A stretch of DNA of 64,000 bases. Source: Amphiscolops sp. MND2022. Its lineage: Eukaryota. A model generated the notes under the pieces. It was not told where the DNA came from. It saw only the letters and a list, made by a program, of their open reading frames with translations, and searched no databases. Numbering within the stretch: position 1 is the stretch's first letter; every line of letters begins with the position of its first letter. Below, in pieces: positions 55,199 to 64,000 of the stretch. Both the position numbers and the translations under genes were made by a program. The stretch covers positions 99,388,001 to 99,452,000 of the forward strand of contig OZ076409.1 of the NCBI GenBank assembly GCA_964187785.1, given 5' to 3'.

Positions 55199-56523
55199 TT
55201 TCAGGCACCAAGTTTTAAAAATAGAAAAGCATAAAAACGCAGATTTTTAAATATTAGGCATCAGAAAATGCGTTATATAGCTGCAGTAAAGTGGTGAGCT
55301 TGGTTGTTACTATTAATTCAATTATAATTTCTCTTGGCCGCTTAACTGGGGGGGGGTTAAATTGGTGGGAGGGAATTAACAGAAAAGATCCGTCAATTAT
55401 ATAAATTAAATTGTATTTTATTATTACGATTATATTGTATTATATTTTAATACTAAACATAAATTATTGGCCATATTTTAATTGCAATTATTACTTGCAA
55501 TTACAAGTTTGTCAGTTCTTTATTGAACACCCTTGGTTGGAATAGAAGTAAAGTTTGCCAGCATTTCACTGTAAAACAAACTGCAAGGTATATGAGATGA
55601 AGCAATTTGTCAAACTTGAGTCTGGCTCAGGCTAAAAACATTTGCCGAAACGTTTCGTATGATATGTGGGGCATATCCGGTGTATGCACGCTCGCCCTCA
55701 CCGTCACAAAGATCAGCTCCCACTACGATCGCTTCGCGATCTCCATTCCCGCTAGGTTTTTGCTCCTGTTCGACCTCACTTAGCAAGATGGGAATATAAG
55801 CGGTCCCAAGGGGCCGCGGTGCACTAGAGGAAATGGGGACATATTCGAGGCACGTTTTATGCTTTGCATCATTCCTACTTAATGGTCTTGTCGTTTTTCT
55901 TCAGTTCCAGAATTCTACAAACTGGTTAAGTCCAGTTTGTAGAAAACCAAAAACAAAACCAAGATAATACGGGGCGTTTCGGCTTGAAAAATTTGCCGAA
56001 ACGTCTCGAGTTTTATTTTTGCCGAAACGTCTTTGCCGAAACAAAAACTCCGTAAACAAAACAGCAGACTGTCAAGACAAAATATATTTACTATGTAAAA
56101 AACGGCACGTAGAACCCTACCCTGTAAGGCCGTATACTTTGAATTTTTCCGGAAATGTCACCAGCTTAAAACCAGGAAAAAAAGCATCATTTGTCCTAAA
56201 ACGGCATTCTCTCGCATGGACATTATATTTAGTATATTGATTGTTAGCCGAGAACAAATTAAGTATTTCTTCAAAAATGAATATATTTATTTGTATTTTT
56301 TTTCAACTCTGGTTGTAACCAATTTGATTAATATCATCAATTCCAAATAATTCCCCAGTGAATCAATTAAATAATATTTTTTTCTATCAATACCCCATGT
56401 TTTGACCTTAGCCATGAAAAAGGAACCCCCTACTTTTAACTTGGCTTGATGGACCTTGAAACGAATACGGAGACAATTTTCCTTTTTGTGTCAACTGTGA
56501 AAGCGGGTTGCATGATGTTTCAG

Positions 56524-56685
56524 GTGCTAGATTTCCAGAGGCTGTATGACGTCATGATGAAGCCAGCTTTCGTGTTCGACGGCCGGTTGTTGCTGGATCA
56601 CAATGAGCTACAGAAGATCGGCTTCATTGTCTCCTGTGTGGGCAAGAAGTTAGACACCCAACAATCAGCTCCCATCCCCCTCTGA
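56524..56685 (+). CDS. UGDH: UGDH terminal coding exon E
   Basis: tttcag|, reads VLDFQRLYDVMMKPAFVFDGRLLLDHNELQKIGFIVSCVGKKLDTQQSAPIPL-stop. KPAFxFDGR is the UGDH C-terminal motif. Confidence 0.95.
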   Translation: MLDFQRLYDVMMKPAFVFDGRLLLDHNELQKIGFIVSCVGKKLDTQQSAPIPL

Positions 56686-56712
56686 ATTAATCAAACCCCC
56701 ACACCCCCCAAC

Positions 56713-57175
56713 CATAGTTGGAACCAAGCACGTGATTGAATGTTGCCGGGCCGGGCCGAGCGGGCTTATAGTCGGGCTTTTTCGAAATTTTTCTCGGGCC
56801 GGGTATAACAATTCGGAAATTAAATCAAACATTAAACTAGACTATATAATTTCCGCAATTGATTCTTTTATTTGCTGAAAGTGAACGAAATTTTAGCCAA
56901 GCTTGTCTTATTCACACAGCTCCTAGAGCCCAGATGTCTTCCAAAAAACTATTGGATGTTGAATTTTTGAATTCTGTTGTAAAAACTGGGATTTTTGAAT
57001 TCTTATGATGCTTATACCTGATTAACATTTACAATTTACTTTCGGGTATCAAATTCGTTTTCGGGCAGTTTCGTCGGGTATTAAATTTGTTCAAAAATAT
57101 CGGGTCGTGTTAAGATTTTTGAAACGGGCTCGGTCCGGTGTTCGGGTAGAAAATCATGACCCGTTTCCAACTCTG
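56713..57175. mobile_element. hAT MITE just downstream of the UGDH stop codon
   Basis: TIR CA(T/G)AGTTGGAA, 8-bp TSD CCCCCAAC, CGGG subterminal repeats. Confidence 0.82.
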
Positions 57176-57297
57176 CCCCCAACCAACATTCCCCCCCCAA
57201 GGATTCACATATACTTTAGAGGTAGATCGTGACTTTAGTCGCTCGATGATAAAACCGAATGTTAATATAGAAGAATTTGTTTGCATTGATTTTCATT

Positions 57298-57599
57298 GAT
57301 GACGTACCAAATAACAAAAGAGCAAATAACATAAAAACGAAATTAGTCCCATTTAACGTAAAAATGAAATTAGTTTAATATAACATGAAAATAAAACCGA
57401 ATACCCGGTTAAACAATCGAACTCACGAAATTTTGTCTTAACTTTTATACTTTTTTTAGTTAATCGTCTAAATTGTGAATGCTTTTGACCACTAAAACTT
57501 TCTCGTAAAGAATTTTATTTTTATGTTTAGTGAAACTCATTGTTATTTGAAACTAATTTAGTTTTTGTTATTTGCTCTTACATTATTTGGGAATCCACC
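57298..57599. mobile_element. Third copy of the ~315-bp Mutator-like MITE
   Basis: Similar to 53134-53448; TSD not clear. Confidence 0.75.
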
Positions 57600-57867
57600 C
57601 TTTCGGTTGCTAAGTTACATAATAGTTTCATCATTCAAAGCTCGCTGTCCAACGGAGCGACCAATCACAATTGAGGATTCAATTCGGTTCTTGTATAAAT
57701 TGTTTCAGCATTATTATCGAGCGGCTACACTCCCTGAGAACGCTCAATTAGACGACGGTGCAGTTAGCCGACCCGATCGAATATGATTGGTCATCAGTGG
57801 AAATATTGTCAATTTTGTTATGCAACTGTATCTCGCTTCGAATCAAAAGTTAGACTTGCATAAAAAT

Positions 57868-58313
57868 CGTGTCAGGACATTTCATCCTATGCAGCTTCAA
57901 CCTAAGCAATTTCAAGCATTGCCATTTCAACCACCGCTCACAACAGTTTCAACCTATTGAATATCCAACCTTTCGCAATTTTAACCTAAACTAATTTTGG
58001 CTGATGGATCATAATTAGGTACATGATTATTTTAGGAAGTTTTCATTTTCATACTTTTCTAAATTCAAATGCAATAATTTTTACGCCAGTTTTGATCCGT
58101 TTTGGCTTCTTCATGAATAATTACCAATAATTAAAGCTGTTTGATTCAGTACTAACTATTGTACTGAAATAATAACTCAACCGAATCAGGAGAAATCAGC
58201 CAAAATTAGTTTAGGCCGAAAATGCGGAAGGTTGAAAATGCAATAGGTTGAAATTGTGAGCGGTTGAAATGGCAACGGTTGATATTGCATAGGACGAAAT
58301 GACGTCATGTAGC
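57868..58313. mobile_element. Mutator-like MITE with TTTCAACC terminal repeats
   Basis: 9-bp TSD CATAAAAAT and long imperfect inverted ends. Confidence 0.78.
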
Positions 58314-58831
58314 CATAAAAATTTATTAGTGACGCGGTAACCATTTCTCAGTTGGAATAATTCTGAATGAAAATCAGCTTCATTTCCTGACCTCTATGAA
58401 AACCTAATATCATTCTCTTTCTAAATTGCAAACTCCATTTTAGGTCCAATTTCTCTGTTCTGAAAGTATTCGATCGGCTGATTGCACATTCGGCCATTAG
58501 CGCCGTCGGCCTATTGACCTAGCACCGGAGTATTGATGTCATCGCCCAGTAATTATGTAATATTATCTTATCAAGTGCCTCGTTGATTTTTGTGACTGTG
58601 ACGTAATTGCCATTCTATTCTTTGCCCGCTCTTGCAGGGAAGTTCTGACAGTGCAGTGAACTATGATAGTTCACTCAGGGTGCAAATGTCTGGGATCTTT
58701 TCTGCTAATAGACTTTAACCCCCTTCCAAGTTCAAGGAAGAAGAAGGAGGGTCAGTTGTCTGTACCCCAGTCGAACTTCCATCCATTTTCTGCAAGAATC
58801 TGTCAGATTTCACTTCCAAGATCTTGCAAGA

Positions 58832-59087
58832 CAGGGTTCGGAAAAAACAAAATTTTGAAAAAATCGTGTTTAAAACGTTTAAAACTTTTTTTGTTTAAAA
58901 CATGTTAAAATCTCAAGATTGGCTGCGCATTGGCAATTTTTACTTGCGATTTTAGGAACTTCAAAATTTCTATAACTGAAATTGAAACAATTGAACAAAA
59001 TGAAGGTTTTTGTCATGTTCAAAACTCTGTTTAAAACATGTTTAAAACGCGTTTAAAACACGGCTTGTTTTAAACATGCTAACCCTG
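58832..59087. mobile_element. Small hAT MITE nested in a CTTGCAAG-repeat element
   Basis: TIR CAGGGTT(C/A)G, TSD TTGCAAGA/TTGCAATA, GTTTAAAAC repeats. Confidence 0.7.
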
Positions 59088-60015
59088 TTGCAATACAATG
59101 CATTATTCTTGCAGATATCTTAGGAGATCTTGGAAGAAAATGTCTGATCTTGCAAGAAATGTTTGAATCTTGGAAGAAAATGTCTGAATCTTGGAAGATC
59201 TTGAAATAAAATGCCTGATCTTGGAAAAAAATGCCTGATCTTGGAAGTAACTTTGAAGAAAATGTCTGATTTTGGAAGTAACTTGGAAAATGAGTTTGAA
59301 AACTTCCAGATTTGAGTCTGTACCTATAGGTACTTTTGTACATATCCGATCACGTGGCCATTTGAAGGAGCTGATTGAACCAAGTCATGGCTCTTTTCTG
59401 CCAACTGTCTCAATTCTTAACTGACATCCTTGAAATAAATGTAATATTGGAGATTTTTGGTTTGTTTCAAGTCTTTTTGTTTAATTTTTTTTCAATAATT
59501 TTCCAAATTTTTGGTGGTGGTAGTGGGGAAATAAGATCCCAACGTATTGAGTTTTAGTAATTTTATCATATTGCAGTACTTAAGCAATTCGGTAATTGAA
59601 GAAGTATCTGATTGGAATTGGAAGGGGAGGGGGTGGTATCAAAATGATTCAGCTATAGTTAACAGAAAAGATTCCGAAATTGAGCTTTGGTACTTCAGTG
59701 TTCTGACTGGAACTGAAGTCACTGAAAAGTTCCCAGCAGATAAATCAATCCTTTTGTATTCTCTTTTGAATTTGGAAGAAAAGTGCTTCTATTTACTGCT
59801 TTTTCGTATGATTGTTTATTCACTGCTTTTTCGTATGATCCACTCTTGTTCTCACTTGAACGAGTTCTACTTTTGTATATTGGGTTTTGTTGATATAAAT
59901 CATGATAATTAAGTGCTCTGTAAACTATTCTATTCTATTTGTAAAGTCATTAATTTTACAGTCAGAATGATCGTTTTTTTAGGACGGGATCCTGTAATTG
60001 AACTCATTCACATTT

Positions 60016-60557
60016 AACAAGCCGGGAACCGCCCAAGTCGGCGTCATATCCAAGGCTCAAAAATATTCAAGGAACAACTATTGTGAAAATTTTCAATTAT
60101 AACACAGTGCCGAAAAGTACCCAGAAGGGTTTCCCCCGAAACTCGAAACAGCTTTTTTCCTGAACTGAAAACATCAGAAAAAACTAATTTGCCTTTGGAT
60201 TTTTTTCAAAGAAGTCGCTTATTGTCCAAAAACCCAAAAAGAGACCCTTTAGGGTCATTAAACGTTTTTTTACAAACCGAAGGTTTCAAAAAAATCGAGG
60301 GGGTACCCTTTGAAAGAATTCAAAAGTTTTCCCTAGAAAGTTTTCCTTTGGTCTCTCCTACTTTTTGGATGCATAAGAAAACTTTGTGGTTTAAAGCGGG
60401 ACTCGAACCCACGCTCTCCTGCTTCTCAGACCTCAGAAAATTAGTCAGCCAAGAAGTTGAACAAATGAACAAAAAAAGTGGACCGATCGCGTTGAACTGA
60501 CGAAAAAACTAGCCACTGTAAGAGTCGTCCTTTTTCTTCGAAAATGCCGACTAAAAA
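60016..60557 (-). mobile_element. HINE-like element
   Basis: aacaagccgggaaccgcccaagtcggcg ... gccgactaaaaa termini and an internal B box. Confidence 0.7.
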
Positions 60558-62937
60558 CACACATTCACACTTTGATTCATAATCACGAGTCTTCCATGCA
60601 TGTCTTCCATATGATCAATACAATTCCATGCAATTCCAAACATGAAACCATGACATCCACGTCTCGTTTGGAAGAATCTCTCCAGCCACTGTCTCGGTTT
60701 AAATACCGGATTTCCATCCGTTGGCTTTGCTTCTATGTTCGGTACTATAATTCGTCATACAATACCGCCATTGTTGGGTTTTGTAGTAAGTTCGTTGCAA
60801 TTCTGTTAAAAATTGGCTGACTGCGCCATGTTGTATTTCTAAAGCTAGGTTAAGATAAGACGAAATTCTAAAATAATGTATTTTGTGTATCTGTATCGTA
60901 TCAAAACTATACTGCAAGTGTATACGAAATGGCAACTTTATGATACAAGTATGTTTGTAAACAACTTGCTAAATGTCTATGCCGAAACTCGGTAAGGTTC
61001 ATTCGGGATCAACCGTATAACATTAATTCGGTCATTTTTCAGGTCGTTTTGCAAACTCGAGGTAAAAAGTTTTTCGTAGGTTGTTTGGATTGTTTTTCAT
61101 TTCACAAATTGGTTCTAGCTTTGTTTCGGTTTTGGAAATAGATTAATATACTTCGTTTCAAAATAGCTGCAACTAGTCAACCGGGATTTGAACTTCATAA
61201 CTTGACAGCTAGTGGTTGATGGTACTCATGGAGGTTTTTATTTGAAAGAAACTCTCAATCTAAAAATTTCTCGAATCTATGGAAGTGTCCTATATTTCGA
61301 AATTCCCAGGCTTTGAATTTTCATCAGGAATGGTGTAAAAAATTGTTCCAAAAAACAGTGAATTGATTGATTCCCGTTTTTTTCCAAAGTACACGAAACA
61401 CAATGTCTATAAAATACAAAGGTGGCCCAAATTTTGATATTAGATGTAAATGACACAGGTGTAACATTTGCGTCTAATTTGGAAAGTAACCCAAATATAG
61501 AAAGACCTGATTTTCGTCGCCTATATTTTAGCTGTCATAAAGTTTGTCGTTTTTTAAAAAATCACTTTCGTTTTCTAACATACCAAATTAATTACTCAAT
61601 ATTTTATTTTTGAAATTGAAAACTCAAAGCAAGCTTTACCTTGAGGCATCGAAAATTGCCAAAATTAAGAAAAGAAGTTTAATCAAAATGACATTGCTAA
61701 GGAATTAAAACTTATCCACTCCTGAAAATTTATTTCAGCAACAAATAACTGAAAATTCTGCAAAATTTGCACGAAAATTCAAGCATGTGAACAAATGATC
61801 TATGAAAAGTTTGTTGTGTCAGATGAAATTCGAAGAAGCCAAAATAAACTTTCTAGGGATTGTTGTTTGTTTTCATGAGTTAACGCGTTCTCAGAGCCAA
61901 TACAATTATTTGATGGTAGTTTTGACACAATAGACTATAACTTTTTTGAAATTGATTCGGTTACTAACTACCCTATTAGGCAAAAAATGCGATAAATTTT
62001 CCTGAACCCTTCTTAAGACGACAAAATTTCTCTGGACAAGTTTTAAGACGACAAATTTTCGAGTAATCCAAACTTCTATAGACTCATCGTCACAATGAGT
62101 CTGTGGTATTCAACATGGAGTAACTTCAAGTAATCACATAAGCTAACTTCAAGTAAACCACCAGGAAAGAAGTTGGAGACGAAAGTAGTAAATCAAAAAT
62201 TTGGAATAGATATCAATGGTGGAATGAAAATGATAAAATCTTGTCGGTGTTTTTCGAATTGAAACGCAATTATTGTTTTTTTTCCAATTCGTCTGGAGTG
62301 ATCAAAAATGTTTTTCAAAAGTTCTGCAAATGAAGCGAAAGATATAAAGAATCCAAAAAATTATATCCAAAACAGTTCCACTCCCAATTTAGAACCTTTA
62401 ATTTTGAACTACAAAGTTTTATGTAGAAGTTTTTGCACTGTTGTTCAGTTCCCAAAAGAGATCTTGTTTTGGTTTCGTTTTTAATATTTCTGCTTTAGCA
62501 GGAATATTATTGTAACCTCAAACTTTCTACTTTTTTTCAGTACAATTCTTGTCGTGATACAGAATTATTCAGATATTTTGTTCGGCAGTGACTGTAAGCG
62601 TGGGAAATAAATTTCTCAAGCTGTCGACAACAATTCAATTCTAATGCGATGGAACGAGCGAGTGGTAATTATCCATTCGTATGCTGACGTCATTGAGATG
62701 AAGCGAGCGAATGTTGGTAATTGTGCTTTCGTTGCCCCGAGTTATTGAGATGAAGCGAATGAGTGTTAATTATTCGTTCGTCGAGAGCTTCGCCTGCATT
62801 CAAATGCGAATGCGAAACTTCGTCTACGCTTAGTAGTTATATTTTCTCTAGTCCGAGAAGAATTAAAAGCGGTGTAAACTTGTACAGTGATTACATGTAA
62901 TTGTGCGCTAAATAATGATTAAACAAGAGTGTATTGG

Positions 62938-63432
62938 CTGGGGTGTGGAATTTTCAGACCGTGGCCCGAAACCCGTCGGGCCAAACCGTAACCCAGAAAC
63001 CGTAGTTGTGAAAAAAGCGAACCGTACACAATTCTAAAAAAATACGACCGAATTGTTTTATACATTTAACGATTTAATTTTATATTATTGGAGCAAATTC
63101 CAACCAGTGAAGCAGCAGTCGAGCGAGTTTTCAGTCGCCATAAACTTGTTCAATCTCAAATACGAGCGTCCTTACGGGATGATATGGTTGAAAACATTAT
63201 GTTTTTACGCTATAATTTGCAGAGGGCATTCCCTCATTTGCCATTTTGGGGCAAGAAAGATACTGATAGGCATCAGTAAATTTCTTCATCAAATAACAAA
63301 GATTTTTGATGAAGAAATTTAATTATTTCTGAAGCAAACGTGTTTCTTTAAACCGTACCTTGAAACCGTAAACCGTAGACGATAACCCGTAAACCGTAAT
63401 TTCAATTCAACCCGTACGGTTCCACACCCCAG
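62938..63432 (+). mobile_element. Non-autonomous hAT element retaining a hATC fragment
   Basis: TIR CTGGGGTGTGGAA, perfect TSD TGTATTGG, peptide IPTSEAAVERVFS, ACCGTA subterminal repeats. Empty site at ~4022. Confidence 0.92.
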
Positions 63433-64000
63433 TGTATTGGTATTCCAGATATGATTCTTTTATTAATGATTTTTTTGTTTCAAAAAAATAAAGATTAAAG
63501 CAGAAATAGTACTGAGCCCCGGAGGAGCCTATTTTGGAAAACAGGTCAGTGTAGTTCTGGTCAAATAAGTTGCTGCAATTAGTAAACCAGGCTTCTGACT
63601 TTTATATTAGTACCTGAACTGATGGTTGATAATACTCATGATGGTTTTCATTCAGAAATTGCAGTAAAGTTGACCCTATTGTGGCGAAGCAGAAACTCTC
63701 CGAATCTAAAAGTGTCTGGAATCTTTGGACGTGTCGTATATTTCCAAGGTACTAGGCGTTGAACTTAAGCTTCATCAGGAAAGGTATAAAACATTGTACC
63801 ATGGAAACAGGGAGTTGATTGATTCTCGTTTTATTTTTGGAATACACGGAACACAATGTCTAGAAAATGCATGGTTGCTTAAACTTTGATATTACATGTA
63901 AATGTCACAGACATTAAATGTAAATGTCACACATGTAAATGTGACATTCGCGTCTGATTTCTAAGGTACCCCATTGTCGTTTTTGTCGTAACCCCAAAAT

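Larger units (their letters stand above)
52829..55302 (+). mobile_element. Autonomous-type hAT transposon
   Basis: TIR CA(G/A)GCTCACC, perfect 8-bp TSD GTTGTTAC, transposase ORF. Confidence 0.92.
52702..55391. mobile_element. GGATC-terminated MITE hosting a nested hAT
   Basis: TIR GGATCTTTTCTGTTAATTCC with perfect 8-bp TSD GTCAATTA. Confidence 0.85.

Overview
AT-rich, transposon-saturated eukaryotic (most likely invertebrate animal) DNA. The only host protein gene is the 3' half of UDP-glucose 6-dehydrogenase (UGDH, + strand). Its five short exons (1268-1362, 7227-7357, 42507-42602, 51499-51625, 56524-56685; 611 coding bp) join in frame through GT-AG introns of 5.9, 35.1, 8.9 and 4.9 kb. The 35-kb intron holds two divergent tRNA-Ala genes and a full-length L1/Tx1-clade non-LTR retrotransposon (11319-16120, 12-bp TSD). 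This element inserted into a relic of its own family just upstream of tRNA-Ala(UGC), with both 5' ends facing the tRNA. The same intron carries a complete 15.7-kb Polinton/Maverick endogenous virus (20775-36438, 6-bp TSD, ~0.3-kb TIRs). It encodes pPolB, integrase, ATPase, protease, major and minor capsid proteins, a DEDD nuclease, a PC4-like protein and a candidate HUH-fold protein; the major capsid gene has one in-frame stop. Other introns contain a deleted BEL/Pao LTR element, a 2.6-kb tandem duplication and a three-level nest around a CGGBP1-like hAT transposase. There are also many hAT, Tc1/mariner, Mutator-like and CMC-like MITEs and an abundant Helentron/DINE-1-like family. All calls come from reading the sequence; no database searches were run.
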